Shown: positions 42,810-57,935 of the stretch, one piece after another
Layout: each line of letters starts with the position of its first letter
How positions within the stretch are numbered: position 1 is the stretch's first letter
Assembly: GCA_044892525.1 (NCBI GenBank)
Contig: CM097886.1
Span: 162,428,312 to 162,492,311, forward strand
Origin: Schmidtea polychroa
Taxonomy: Eukaryota
DNA length: 64,000 bases
Reading direction: 5' to 3'
Program-made: the position numbers and the translations under genes
Notes under the pieces: generated by a model
What the model saw: the letters and a program-made list of their open reading frames with translations, nothing else
Told to the model about the DNA's origin: nothing
Database searches by the model: none

Positions 42810-45800
42810 TTAATATAGATTGGTTTGATTTACGTTTCGATATCGACTGCAAAATTAAATCAGAAAAAAATATTACACTTCATAACCGGTTTAAAGTTAC
42901 AAAGTGAGATCCATGAGGCTCTTTAATGACATACACAAACATTGTAGTAACACATATATATTTTAACCTTAGTTTGAATCAAAGATTAGTACATAGGTTA
43001 ATAGTTAACTGGGCATCTTAAATTTTTTTAGAGTTATACTAAATACCTATTTATTCATATTTCTTCAAAAAATCCTTGCATACGCATTTATACAATAATT
43101 TAATTTAATGATACACCAATAGCTCACTTTGCGTCACTTTCATTTGCACAACATATTTTTTGACACTCAAATTTCAATTCTCGTTTAAATTGTTTTCCAT
43201 TACGTTGCGTTTTTATTTTTAATTTTGCATTATTTTATAATTCTCTGTAATTTTAATGAAATATCGAAAAAGCAATTTTGTAAAACAATTAAAATAAAAA
43301 GGTGAGTGAAATCCAAATATAATTTCATATGAAAAATACATGTAAAATGCGGCTTTAGTTTGCACCGTTTCAGTTGGCACAGCATTTTTGCATTACGAAC
43401 GCAAAGTGAGGTACTGGGTATAAATATTGGGGAATGAATAAAATTCATTATCAAGTTAATTTCATCGGGTTTGGTAATTTGTCCAATGATTATTTTAAAC
43501 ATAATATTCATTACTTGATATATGTCAAATATATTTATAATTTTTAGATAAAAGTTGATACATTTAAAAGTAATAGTAATATTTTAGAATAACCAAATCT
43601 AACGTGTTGTCTATGCAAGAAAATTCAGTTTATAAGCTTCTAGCTTGCTTGGCTGCGTCGACTAATAAAGTTTTTTTGTAGAATCAAGAATTTATTATTG
43701 ATCTAAAATTTATATCATTTATATTCTAAATCACATAGGAAAAAAATAGATCTCGGTTTCATTTAATATAAATCTTATTTCAATTATAAATTTTATAACC
43801 CTGAGTCCCAGACCATTTTTTTTTCAAATCAAGTTATTTTATTAACCAGATATTATATATTTAAGAATATATAATCTCGCTGGTATTTTACAAGGGGGTG
43901 ATGTGTTCCAACAGTACATTTTAAATCAATAGCAGATTGAAAAAAACAAAAAAAAATTATTCATTGGGTCGTATTATCACAATGGGTTAAAGAGAATTTA
44001 TAAAATTTTACTGTGTAGAACAATTATTTTGAAATTATTACTGGTTCTTTTTATAACTTACCTTGCTACTAGAATTTTGTAGATCATAATGGGGTNNNNN
44101 NNNNNNNNNNNNNNNNNNNNNNNNNNNNNNNNNNNNNNNNNNNNNNNNNNNNNNNNNNNNNNNNNNNNNNNNNNNNNNNNNNNNNNNNNNNNNNNNNNNN
44201 NNNNNNNNNNNNNNNNNNNNNNNNNNNNNNNNNNNNNNNNNNNNNNNNNNNNNNNNNNNNNNNNNNNNATAGCTCACATACCAAAATTAATTACCGAAGC
44301 ACAAATTTCATCAAAAAATATATTTTTACAAAATAAATTCAATTTGATTATAATAAAAATAATAATTTAATTTACCAGTTTCAATGTCCAACTGTAATAA
44401 ATGTGTGAAATTGACAATATTCTCTATAATATATAATTAATAAATTTCCTATTACTAAATCAATTTTTTAAATGGATATTTCTTTATTAAATCTTGAATG
44501 CTAAAGTTCTATTTTCCAATCTGTTTTCTAAATAAAACTTCATTACAGACAAATGATAAAACAAAACAAAAGGTGTTTAAAAAAATGAATAATTGAAAGA
44601 AAGCAAACAAACCATTATTGACGCAAGTCAAAGCGATCTACATATTCGCTGCTAAAAACTTAAATGCCGATGTCTTCAAGACCTACCTGTGTACATTGCA
44701 GTTCATTTCTGAGTTTTTATACTATTCAGTCAGCATTTTAATATTCGATGAAATCAGCCAGCGCTTGGGAATTCAGCCAGCTGATAATGATTTTGACATC
44801 ACACATTCGAATATTACATCGAGAAAATCAACTGTGCTTTAATTACAATGACAATTCGAATTTATTCACTTAAATTTTGTTTGAATTAGTAATTAAATTA
44901 AATTTTTATTTTTATTATTGATTAATTGAATGATTTCAATTTTTTGTATTTTATAGAATTAATTAAGCTAAGTTGGAATCATTTTCGATGTTTCAATAGT
45001 TGACGATTTATGACTTCATTATAGTTTTATTTTCCTAACCTAAATTCAGTCCAGTCTCCAGTGAACTGACTAAAGTTGTAGAGATTTGATGGTGGTGTAG
45101 AATCTCTCTGAAACCGAAAATAATGAATACAAATCAGTCATGAATGAACTTTGATTTAAATTACACTTCATTATTAAGAATATTTATTAAATAATGAAAA
45201 GTTACCAGATTCATTTTTAAAGTTATTAATTAATGAATTTTTATTAACTTGAAATAAAGTTTTATTTTCAAATTTTCAAATTATCGAGTATTAATGTTGT
45301 AATTTTTTAAACTCTGGTGGCCACGTGAAAATTTTATTAATACATGTATAATATGTATAACATGTATAATAATGATGTATTAAAATTTGCAATTATAGAA
45401 AAATAAATACATTAATTAAATTATTATGAAAAATATTATAGATTATCAAAATGTATTTTTTATCGCATTTATGAACGAATAAAATTTTAAAATAATTTTA
45501 ATGAATCTAAATTGATTTAGAATGAAATGAAATTAAAATAATATTTTCATTAGGGAATCTACAACAAAGTGCTGAAAAATGCGGATCAGTATCAAGTTGT
45601 TAACGGTAAAGAAGAAAGAAAAACTAATTCATTGATTGGCTGCATACAAACAGTTTAACCGCGTTACTGTTGTTTGTATATTCAATGCTAGTATTTGGCT
45701 ATTTCTAATTTCTTACATGATTCGTTGGTATTAATACAATTTTTATTTAAATAGCGTTAGGAAATCTGCACCACCACTTGACTAAACATTCCTTTCACAG

Positions 45801-46007
45801 TTTTTGTTTTTTAAGAAAACTGTATTATCCGTTAATCTCGTGCAACGAAAATCGACTTGGAGACAAATTGGGTATACTAATTGTCAATTATTATTGTATC
45901 ACACTATCATAGCTTGTCTCCTAAAATAATAATAACAAATACTAAAAACAACATTTGCGATTAAAACAAACTTAAGCTTATTTAAAGAAATAAATCGTTA
46001 ATTTTCA

Positions 46008-46603
46008 ATGCAGCTCTGCAAATTCGAAGTTAATTCATCAAATAGTTCAATAACAGCTTCGGGATCAGGTGGACCATTATTTTTGCCGTCTCTAGCAACG
46101 GTAGCTAATAATTGTCATTTACCTCTAAATGTCAGTAGCAGCAATAACAATCCAAATGATGAACCCCCTTTTATTTCGTGGAATCCAACTAATATGGGTG
46201 CTTGCTACAATCAGGGACTTGCATCTCCAAAACCAGCATCATTTTGGGCTACTTCAAATAATGGATCGCTTAATTCAAACAATTTTATGTCTTGCCTAGC
46301 TAATCCTGGTCAAGGTTTAATTCAACAAACATATGAACATATGTCCAGTTATTATGGGAATTCTAGTCTTATTCCACCATACAGCACAAGTTATTCAATG
46401 GGCAATAGTCCAATTCCAAATGCAAGGTTTCTGACACACTATGGCACTCATTCAAATCATCCAAATATGTCCTCATCAAGAAATCCATCGAGGGATCTTG
46501 TAAAACCTCCATATTCGTATATAGCTTTAATTACTATGGCTGTTCATGCGCATCCAGAAAAAAAAGTCACCTTAAGTGGAATATATCAATTTATAATGGA
46601 AAA
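46008..46603 (+). CDS. FoxC: FoxC forkhead transcription factor, coding exon 1 (start tentative)
   Basis: Ends [39 protein letters not shown]|GT. TTTTCAATGCAG at the start could instead be a splice acceptor. Confidence 0.85.
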
Positions 46604-46692
46604 GTAAATTCATTATTTTTTTTTTGATAAACCAATACCAATAAATATGTATTGTTTAGATAAATAAAAATAAATTAATTGAATTATTTTAG

Positions 46693-47080
46693 ATTTCCAT
46701 ACTATCGGGAAAATAAACAAGGCTGGCAAAATTCAATTCGACACAATTTATCGTTGAATGAATGTTTTATAAAAATACCAAGAGACGACAAGAAACCCGG
46801 AAAAGGATCATATTGGGCACTACATCCTCAAGCGTATAATATGTTTGAAAACGGTTCATTTTTAAGAAGGCGACGCCGATTTAAAGCAAAAGATGTTCTT
46901 CAGGATCGTGAGGATAGGAAAAGAAAACAACAGGAAGACGAATGTAACATTTTTACATCTACAAATAAAGATGAAGATGAAAAAATTGAAAAGCTTTCAG
47001 TAATATCTAAAAATGGAGATTTAAACAAAAGTTATTCAGAAAGTGTAGAACATTCAGATCAGAGTCAAAGTATAATAGAG
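46693..47080 (+). CDS. FoxC: FoxC, coding exon 2
   Basis: TTTTAG|A-TTT-CCA restores [58 protein letters not shown], a FoxC signature. Donor GAG|GTTAAT. Confidence 0.92.
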
Positions 47081-50053
47081 GTTAATTTTATAATTTTAAT
47101 ATATTGTTGATTATTCTTAATTTAATAAATTGAAATAATAATAATAATCAAATCCTGTATTTAAACGATACTTGAAAAAGAAAAAAAAATCATCTAAATC
47201 TTTTAAATGCTCATGCGTAATGCTAATTATAAATAATGTTTTATTTTATTTTAATTGTTTATACCAAAATTATTAATATCATCATTGCTATTAGAGATTG
47301 TAATTTTATAAAATATTATTTTCGATAAGGTTTCAATCAAAAAATGAATCTGCCTTTCTAAAAAATATAGTGATGTACTTTGAATTAGTTCTAGAAAATT
47401 GAAATAAAATTTTTACAGAAATGCTAATTTTCAAATAAATCATAGAAGTATTAAAATTAAATCAATATTTTGTCGCTCTTTTTGTAACTCAACCAAAATT
47501 TCGACCACCAGCTCTAATATATCCTGATTAATATTTAGAGGTGCCAGTTTGTTCAATTTATTTCTTTTCAATATGTTACAAAGATACGCATTTACCAACT
47601 GTGCGAATAAAAATAAATTCTCTAATGTATATGTTGATAATAGAAGATTGGCGAACATTTTCAATATTTTATAATTTTTGTCAACATTATCGTGTGGGAA
47701 TTACAAACTTTTTTGTACACATATTTTATTCTGCTGTAAGATTATCAATATTTGATCATACCATCAATATTTCTTAACAAATAAATCTTGTATTGTAGAA
47801 AGAACTACATATCATATCATATTATACATCAGAAGCTCCCGAATGATTTTTACCAGGAAGAGCAAAACAAAAATCTTTAATAACTTATTAGTATTATATA
47901 ATTATCAGTAGATTAAAAAGACTAAATTTGGCCTTAGCAATGCTAAAAGATTAAGAAGTTCCATATAACATAAACTATATGGAGTTCATCACACAATGAC
48001 TTACCCAAATATTGATATCCTAAAATTGAAATTAGTGGCTTTATAATAAGTTAAAGCAAACGTGTATTATTTTATAAGGTTTATCCGATCTGCTGCTACT
48101 GTATTTACGCGAAATTTAACTTCAGCGACTTTTACTTCAGAACAGATATTTATGTATGGAGATTTATTGAGAAACAGATACAAATTCTGGCAACTATGTT
48201 CACACCTCTAAAGACCAATTAATATGATTGTCAAGTTCTAGATAACTATGTTTTGCGGTTTTGAAACTACAGTGGTGTCACACACATAATTTCTTATTAT
48301 TATTTGTACGGTTTATTTCAGTTTTACTTATTGCCTACTATTCTAAATCTAAGTATCTCTCAAATTTTAATTACAGCTACACTAATTGAAACTAAAGTAA
48401 GTATAAAAATGAGTTCTAACGTATTTGCATATTTAGATAAAATCTTTATTTACATGAAATGATAATCGTCGATATTTTTGTAGATGTTAGATATTCATCA
48501 AAGATATGAAAAAGAACAGATTCTATATAAAGATAATGACATATCCAGAATAAAAATTTAGAAAGATCATTTTCCAATGACTTGAAAGTGTAAATGATGA
48601 AATATTAATTTGTGAATAAAAATAAGGACACGAAGTTGTAGAACATATACATTAAGAATACCCATTTTCGGAAAAAAATAAATCAAACCATTCCAAGGGC
48701 TAACATGTTTTGAAAGAAGAAGAGGGAAACCAATTTGACGGCCTCAGGCCTGTCAGTCCTTTGCGGACCGTGTAAATTTTTTGAATCCCAAAGGTTGATA
48801 TTCATGAAATCGGAAGCACATAGAATAGAAAGGAGTCTAATTGAAGTTGAAAGTTTACATTGTGTTTAGAATTTTCTGTTGTTATATTTTTGTTAAATAC
48901 ATAAATTTTTATTTAAATAGTAATATGAATACGCACTTGGTGTCACATATTCCTCTTATTCTTCATATGTACCATCAAATCAGCTCTCGGTGCTTTGAAT
49001 ATAGCGCACTATACAATGTATTATATATATACAGGCATTGAAATACCTTTAATGGGGCCTGGACCGATCAACATTCCTGGGCCCATACCGTGCCGTTTCG
49101 TGAACATAAGGGAATTTTATAACTTTCGTTTAAACATTTCTTTTAAAGGATATATTCCTCTTTTATTTTCACTTTTATTTTAAGAATAGTATCTTCTTGC
49201 AATAAAACCATAAATGATAATCTAAAATATTATAATGTAAATCGAAAAATACAAAATTTTTGGTATTTTTGCTAATGTAAAAAGATTGGAAAATCTAAAA
49301 AATCATACGCACAATTATTTTCTTTATCTCTTATTTCTCTTACATGATTACATATTTATGGCTCTTATTTTTCCGTTTTTCTAATTACTTGATCAAAACT
49401 CTATTCTTATTTCTATACATAAAAAAGTGCTCGGTCAAAATTTCAGTTCGATAAGCAATATATTACAGTCATAAGTTGCATTTTCATCAATAACTTATAT
49501 TTCGTAGATAAAACTCATTTCATTCCCTTTCAAACTTTGGCAAAATTCTATTGTTTACATGAAATATAAAATAGGCAAAAGGAAAGTAAGTATTTCCCAA
49601 AAAAACTGGCAATGATGTAATAGGTTACCACATAATCTGTAGAATGGATTACTTGTCTTTTTCGTCCTTGATGAGAATGTTATGATATTCTTGTATTAGT
49701 TTCAATTCTCTTTCAGCAACTTTTTCTCTGTTAATCTTTACAATGCTTTTCAAAATATCTCCAGCCCACGTTAGAAGTTAACATAATATTTCCAAGTATA
49801 CGGACACTTTTTAAGGAAATATGTATTTGAAAATCTTGAGAAAAATATATAAATATATTCTACTAAAAATATTGAAAAGCTCAGCTCTTCACCTCAAAAG
49901 CCAATTGAGGGTAAATGTCCTCCAATTATCACCTCTCGCTGTACTCTTATTGTAACTCTGTTGTATTATTGTTAAAAATTGTACTTTACAAAAATTACAT
50001 TAAAAATTTTTTTAATAACAAAAATCTTTTAAAAATCTTTTTTTCAATTTTAG

Positions 50054-50830
50054 AATGAATTATCACAAGAGACAAAAATACTTGGTCATGATTCATCAAT
50101 TAACAATGTGAACCATACAAACAATGACACATTCCAAAATAGAATATCACAATTCGAAACATCTTTGGGTGGATCAGAAGAAAACCCTTTTCATTTCGAT
50201 GATAACAAGAATTTAACATCATTCAACAACTTTGGCAATGGATTTTTCATGAAAAATGAATCAACTGATTCAATACCATTTCCATTAACTCTTGCAAACA
50301 CCAACGAAGGCCTCTCAGCAAATAATAATACCAATTCGGACTACTTTCAATTCATGGGCAGATATGCAGGTCAAGAATCGACTGATGTTTCCACAGCGTT
50401 TAGTTCTGTCACAAATCACAGTGGAGATTTGGAAGATCATATTCAAAATTATCAGCAATTGTCTGCATTTCAAAATTACACTAACCCACATTCTAGCTTG
50501 ACAGCAGCAGCTGCAGCTGCATGGTATGCAGCAGCTCATGATACCAATTCAGTCCTAGGATATCCAATTTCTAATAACTACAATGCAACATCTAGCATAT
50601 TAGGCTGCAATCCGAATATGCCTTTTTCTGGTTCCTTGTCTCCTCATTCAGCACAGGTATCAAATACCAGTTCATCGATGACCACTAGTCAAAGCAATAC
50701 AATATCATCATTTTTCAATAACACTGATTTGGTGGGCTCATTAAATTTCGGTGCTGGAATACTTTCTTCAAATAGTCCTAATTATATTCCAACACATCAT
50801 CCCAGTTTAACAAATTATTACTTAATTTAA
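50054..50830 (+). CDS. FoxC: FoxC, probable coding exon 3 (Ser/Asn-rich C-terminus; predicted protein ~586 aa in total)
   Basis: Acceptor TTTTCAATTTTAG|AAT is in phase 0, matching the exon 2 donor. Open to TAA and includes an AAAAAAWYAAA motif. Confidence 0.75.
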   Translation, partial: NELSQETKILGHDSSINNVNHTNNDTFQNRISQFETSLGGSEENPFHFDDNKNLTSFNNFGNGFFMKNESTDSIPFPLTLANTNEGLSANNNTNSDYFQFMGRYAGQESTDVSTAFSSVTNHSGDLEDHIQNYQQLSAFQNYTNPHSSLTAAAAAAWYAAAHDTNSVLGYPISNNYNATSSILGCNPNMPFSGSLSPHSAQVSNTSSSMTTSQSNTISSFFNNTDLVGSLNFGAGILSSNSPNYIPTHHPSLTNYYLI

Positions 50831-53800
50831 TATATCATTTTTGATTATTTTGTAAATAAAAATTTCAATACTTGCAATTTCTTCAATAAATATTCTTAAA
50901 TTCATGACTTTTTCTTTAATCATGATTACGAAAACCAATAAGTTGATTATTCAAATTTAATTTGAAGCTAATTATTTGTAATTTATCTGTTTAAAACAGA
51001 CTGATATTTTAGTTGTTAATTTATCAAATCTACTGTGAATTATTTGATGAACCTCAAAAAATTTTGAAAATCAAAGTACAGCTGTAAATAAAAAACTCCA
51101 AAAATATTTTAATCTTGTTCAATGTTTCACATACAACTAAAATCAGATAAGTTTTGCATAATGCCTTCTATTTTGTCTTAGACAATTAAAAATAGTCAAT
51201 TATTTGAGAAATTTTTGCCAATAAAATCAGTTACATCTTAAATCACTTAAAATTTATTGATAATATACAAAAACATCTTTGGTCACATTACATTTCAAAA
51301 TTTATAAAATAAAATTCATTTACACCTCAAGATGAAACAACAATTTAATTAAACTATTAAAACTGAATGTTTTGAGTTTATAATTTGATTATAATTATAT
51401 TTGCTTAATTAGTTTTCTTATCATTAAAAGAACTTAAAAATATAAAAATATTTATCTTTATTTTTATTAATTCTAAAGTGTCCTGTTTTAATTATTGACG
51501 GAAATGGTTAGAATTAACAAATTCCGTGTTTCTAAAGAAAAGTTGTTGTCAGTTCTTGTTCAAACGAGTTCAATGTCAATTCAAACAACAAATTATTTTT
51601 GCAAGGTGTTGAATATTTATTACAAGTCGGTCCTAGTTTCTGTCTCATTGGTACCATTATTCAAATAAATCGAAAAAATCAACATTAGCGTTTATTTAAA
51701 ATTAGAACAATTGTTAATAAACTTTATATCCACACAATTTTCAATAACACTTAATCTTTACAATTTTCAAAAAAGTCTTTAATCTGCACAATCTTCAATA
51801 ACAACATTAGTCTTTCGTGCAAGGATAGGTCTTCAAATTGGAGATCTTCCTTCTGGTAAGCATTAAACTTCTCGAAGTTGTCTTCGACTAACTGAGAATT
51901 TTACTAACTTATCTTTTTTAAACAGTTTCCATAATTTAACTCGCTTTTCATTTAAATTAGTTTAATGACAGGGCGCTTCTTGAGGTTATAAATTTTGTTT
52001 ACATTGCCAGAATTTTCTTTACTAACTTGTTTATTGTCAATTTGGAGATCTCAAGGTTTTCACATAACCTATTTGCCTTGTATTAATTTTATAAATTTTT
52101 TAATCAAAATCGGGTACCCTTTTATCTCGGATTTTCCCTTATTTCCATAATTTCTTGGCTATAATTTAATAGATTTGTTTGCAACCCGGATTTCTCACAC
52201 TACTCAAATCTTTAATTAATTCGGATTTCCTATTAGCTTGGGTTTTCGTTTAAATAAATAATTTTTAATTAATTTTAATTTTCTTTAAATAATTCCCTCC
52301 GGGGACGCCCATGTTGATTTAATTTGATTATATTTGGATTTGTCTCATTCTTTGATTGCCATTCCAGTTTCCCTCACAAAATATTTATTTAAAAATTTTT
52401 TTTTAATTAATCTTTGGACTTTAATTATTATTTTGGATTTAATGTTTTTATTGATATACATTTAATTTTTATGATTTCTATTTTTGTTATGGCTTTGCTT
52501 AGTCAAAGCTCAACAAAGATATGTTTGACAAGTGTTACAATAGTTTCTAGAATCCCATAGATGTTCACAAAATTTTATCGTGATTATTGAACCAAAAGAA
52601 CCTAAATTAGATGAATTCCACTCTACTAGCAAAGATTCATGAATTTACGAGACCACACAAGGTTTTATTGATGCTGACATTCCTTTGCACAAATTGAATT
52701 CAAAAAGTATCAATGATTTATTCTATGATATGAAACAACATTTACCTTCTCAGATCAATGAAAAGCCCATATTCAGGCAATCTCAAGTGATATAATTGAT
52801 AGATGTATTAAACACTTTAATGGAACAATATAAAAAAAAATCAAATTTTATTATAATTACTACAAAGGCCACTCGGGCGTAAGGGGAGATGCTCTCGACC
52901 CTTGAGGTTTCTAAAGTTGTTGATTGGAATTCTTTATTACGCCATGCCAAGGCTCAAGCGTTAAACGTGAATTTGGATTGCTGTCTGATGTACTCATAAG
53001 GCTGTCTATGGTACAGAACATTAGTTGAGTTTGAAAGCTTAAAAATTTGACTGTTGATGTTTCTGTTTGAGGACCTTCGCGGATTGGGATGTAGTATGTA
53101 TAAAGAATAGATCAGGTAATGCTTTGGATACATATTTTTTTCATTAAATACATTATTTGCAGCAAAAGGCTTAAATTATCATTTTATTGTTTTAAATAAT
53201 AAATGCTGCTACCAAGAAATCATCACTTTATACTTTTATCATAGACTATTAAAGATATTAGTTTTTATAAGTATTTAATCTATAATATCTATCTTCCACT
53301 TTATTTTTTTAAGCTTATTATATTCATTCAGTTTGTGTAAATCCAATTAAATTTGTGTAAGTTTACTTAATTTTGTCTAAGATTCTAGTTAAATTACTTA
53401 ATTTTGTGTAAAAATATAATTTAATCTTTTCTTTTATTTGATTTGATTTAAGTTAATGTAATAAAATAAGTTTGACTTTTCTAAATTTCTTTTTATTTTA
53501 TTTTAGATTCAAATAAATTAACCCCATAATGAGTGAAAAAAAGCAAAAGAATATTTTATCATTTCTTTAGTAGTGCAAAAGGTAATGAGAACGATAATAA
53601 TAACGTTAATAATACAGGACCTAACCGTGAAATGATCAATAAATCAGCAATTCCACAGTCTTCATCAGGCACCATAAGGAAACACGTTGGAACGGAAGGT
53701 GGAGAGAAGAAAAAACACAATTTATAAAGAATATATCATTCCCTCTACTTAAAATTTGGATACGTTGAAAAACCTGGCATTGAGCTGGATCCACGGCCTC

Positions 53801-54049
53801 TCTGTGTTGTATGTAGTCGGGCGACGTGTAAAGCGTCAAGCAACGTAAACTTAAACTCCATTCTTTAATCCATGGCCTGAAGTCGGTGACACAGTATAAA
53901 CTTATTGTAGTGACGTTTAAAACTTTGGTTGCGAGTTGGCTGTCGTATTGAGTGGGAAGAAGACTAGTTGAATATTGTTCATCTGGAGCTCGGGAGGGTT
54001 GCCAGCAAAGTTATTAAGACAAACCAGCACTCTACGTCCCTGCTGGCTA

Positions 54050-54844
54050 AGTCTTCCGTTCTATACAATCAATATTTTCTCGAAAAGCTTTACCGTCATC
54101 CATGCCATAGAGTTGGCCTTGTTCTTTAAGGCACGGGATCTTTTGGAAGCGCCAATTAACAGAAGAAGAAACCTTTTGCTGCCACTCATATTTACACCAA
54201 CTAGAAGAGTGATTCTTTGTTTAATTTTCTTTACGCCTGTACACTGGTCTCATCTGAAAGGCATAGTCCTGTTCGGAAGTAGTTGCCAGAAGAGTCCTAT
54301 CTCAACCAAGTCGAAGACGTCATCTGCAGAGAACTGCTAGAATAATGACCGGATAATTTACTGATAGATAGTATGTAATTTCCACTGATAGATTGTAAAT
54401 CTACTACTCCAGCTTCGCCATGCATCGTCTTGAACGTAATGCCGTGACGTTTTCTAAAATTGTCTGACTAACCGTCGCTCGTAAAGAAGTCTTGAATATG
54501 CATCAGCTCGGCCAGTTTCATCACCTTCTTGATCAAATCACCGTTGACAGGCAAATTCTGTTCTCTTGCTTGCTACAGCCATACGAGCACTCCCTCAATA
54601 AGCTTCAGGTCGTGTGCTTGTGTCAGTTTCATGCGGTTTGATGGAACACCAGATTTGATTGCAGTCTCCGTTGCATCCTTTTGCTGAGAATGCCCTTCAC
54701 GGTGATCCTCTTAACTTCGATATCCCATTTCCTTCTTATCTCACTGGCCAACTTGGCTTGATTGGGCTCCATCTTCGCAGTATCGATGATTTCCTTTTTT
54801 CCTTTTAGAATAAAGTTATTTCGCTTGCGTTTCTGAGCTGACAT
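54050..54844 (-). pseudogene. Decayed Tigger/pogo (CENP-B-type HTH plus DDE_1) transposase
   Basis: MSAQKRKRNNFILKGKKEII..; further frames give VWL..AREQNLPVNGDLIK, FRKRHGITFK..HGEAG and GLFWQLLPNRTM. The 3' limit is approximate. Confidence 0.75.
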
Positions 54845-57800
54845 TATAGGTTGAATTTGAAAAAAAATTACGTCACTATTATGTGAATGTTTATGTATGC
54901 TCGCACTTTTATATTCTCTTATTAGCTTCGGTTGTAGACTTGTCGCTGTACATCTTGTGGTTGGCTTATTAAAGTTGTTATCTGCGAGAAGCATCACGTG
55001 TTGGACCTTGACACAGTCATACTACGTGTGTACGTATTAATTGTTGTTTTTTGCAGTAAGATTTATTTATCGCTTCAGTTTTGAGACGTGAGTCATAATC
55101 GAGCATTGTGAAAACACATAGGCTTAAAAACTCGAACCTTTTGACAGTTGCACAATATATGAATGGTAGCGACAGTAGAGTGGTATAGTAAATTTATTTT
55201 ATATTTAATTTTGTTGGAATCTAGTAAAAGTGGTATAATAGTGAGAGTGGCATAGTATCGAGGTGATATAGTAACAAGATTTGACTGCAATAGAAAACTC
55301 GACAGTTACCAAGACCTTACATGAGATTGTGAAAAATTATTTTGTTTTACCTAACATTATTATTCTGGCTAATTACGGATTACACAATTATGTCTGTATT
55401 AAAAGAACTTTCGGATTTGCAGAATAGAATATTATTATACAAATAATTTAACTATTATATAAATACTTAAACTTTATTGTATAGTTTCTATATGTAGAAT
55501 AATGAATTTAATTAAATACAATAATAATCTATTTTCTATAGTATAAATCAGCGGTTCCCAAACCTATTTGAGTCACTGATTGGTTGTCGTAGGAAAACCT
55601 GACTATGAACCCACAAGTGAAATAACTCATCATAGTTTTGGGCTGGAAAGTAAAATCATAATTTAAAAAGCATAGGAGGAAAATAATAAGAATAAAATAA
55701 AAAATTGGAAACAAATCAAAAATAAATAAGAACCAAGATAAATAAACAATAGGAATAAATAATAACAATTTACTAAAGAGAATTACAACAAGAAAATAAA
55801 AAATGGAAAATTAAGATAAGAAAGCCGGAAAAAACCAGTAAAATAATAGAAATTAAATAATAAATAAGAAAATAAAGAAAAAATAAAGAAAAAATAAGGA
55901 AACACTAAGAAAATCACGAAAAACAAAGAAAACAAATTAATTTAAAAAACTTGGACCACGCTCAATTTTGATTGGTTCGCATAAAACCAAAATTAGGTAT
56001 ATAAAGAAAACACTGAATCAGAATATTCAGTGTTAACCCAACGATTTTACAGATTTTACAGGCACATAGAGCATTCTAAGATAAACCGGACTAAATCAGG
56101 AGCGACTATTAATTTCTGAAGACAGATCACTCGTGGACTTCAATATCCTATTTTTACGGAGCGATAGTTATCGTGATCAAAAGTAAACTTTTACTTTTTG
56201 TAAAGTTTTAAATTTCTATGAAAGGGTTAATATAATTTTTTGGTAAATGGTTCGTTTGTTTTGTTCACCCGTAAATAATAGTAATAGCAAAGTTTTGTTT
56301 ATTTTTATATTATTGTAATTATCAATTTGGAATAAAATTTTTGACAAGTTTGATTCTATTTAGTACATATTATAAAAGTTCGAGAAAATAATATTTTGAT
56401 TTCATGTTAATGATGGTGGTATATGAGGCGAAGCTGAGGTCCGGCTGGCCACCGCTCGAGGGACACGAGTTGTTCCTCCTGCAAGACGGTCGGGTGTGAC
56501 TTCAGAGACGCAGTGGCTGAATACGGGTCATCGTGGGGCTTCCTCACTGATCCGTCACCACGGAGGGAGAAGCGTGGATTCGAAATCACGAAATAGAGAA
56601 TAAAATAACTAAATTGAACAGAGAATGACATAGTCGGTTGATACGAGAAATTGCTAGTCTTCGCAATGAGTAAGGTGGCCGGAATATCTCTCATTTAACA
56701 TTGATTCGGAAAGCGAACATCCAGTAGTCATCGTTCTTTAGATCGTCTGAAAACCAAATCTGAAATTAGTTTCTTTTCGGTAGAATTTTTCGATCCATCT
56801 ATCGTAGTCGACAAAACTATCACATGGTGGTAAAAATCATAAATCGAGTAAAATTCCTATACACGCGGTGAATGGTTATCGGCAACTAAACCACTTCAGA
56901 GCGTTCGAAAACTCTGAATTAGGCCTCGTCAAACTGTTAAACCTGTCTTGAAAACATTCTGAGTGAAATAAAGTAAAGATTTGAATTTCAATATAGATAA
57001 TTCCACGATTTTAGAGAATACACATCTATCAATCAGTAATGTACTTTTAGGCAGATATGAAAAATTAAATTCCAATTAATTTGATCCTATGAAAATCACA
57101 GCCAATGATTCTGTCACTTGAATAATTTGATAATGCTCTACTGAATCTCGGTAGTAACCAAACACGCCTTGATAAGAAAATTCCATGGAATACCCTTTCA
57201 GCTGTTGACTCGCACGCATAATCATATTCGAAAACCCATTAAACATACTCCTTCCCTTGCGCATGTCATACACTACAACCAACTGCAGATGATTACCAGC
57301 GCTCTTATTCACATCAGCTAACCCTATCAATTTATCTACCACGTAAAATCACTGCATGTAGGGATCCTACCAAGAGAATGACCAATACTCATAATCTGAT
57401 AAGAATCAACGAGTGACTGAGGAGTACCGATAAGAGTTACGATCAGCAACTGTGCAATATAGAGAGTAGATTTTGCCATGGCACTAATTCACTGAATATT
57501 TCGATAAACGTCAACGAAATTTTTGATAATAAAAATATTACCTGTAGTATAATGAATACTGTATTAATTACCTATTTAAGGGCTAAAGAATTTTCTAATT
57601 AAAATCCCCGTAACGTATTGAGCATTGTTTTAAATAATAATTAATAACTGAAGCGGGAATTTGCCAATTACTGTCATTAGATATCAAAATTTCCGAGTAG
57701 CTGACGTAGCCTAGCGGATAATAATTTAGAGGTTTATTGAAATTATTTATTTCCTTTTATCTGGGTCCCGATGCTTTTTAGTATGTGTGTTTGGATGATG

Positions 57801-57935
57801 TGCGTGGGTTGATTTGCTTGGTGTCTAATATAATCTTTTATTGTCTAAATCGAAAACTGATTGATTCGGTAGAGAAGTGGTCATGAGAGGGCAGAATACA
57901 ACTTATTCTTAATAGAATTTCATTTCAGTTTCCAA

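Noticed and set aside
51530-52320. Possible minus-strand Gypsy gag or PBS fragment
   Set aside because: Many stops and no diagnostic motif that I can support.
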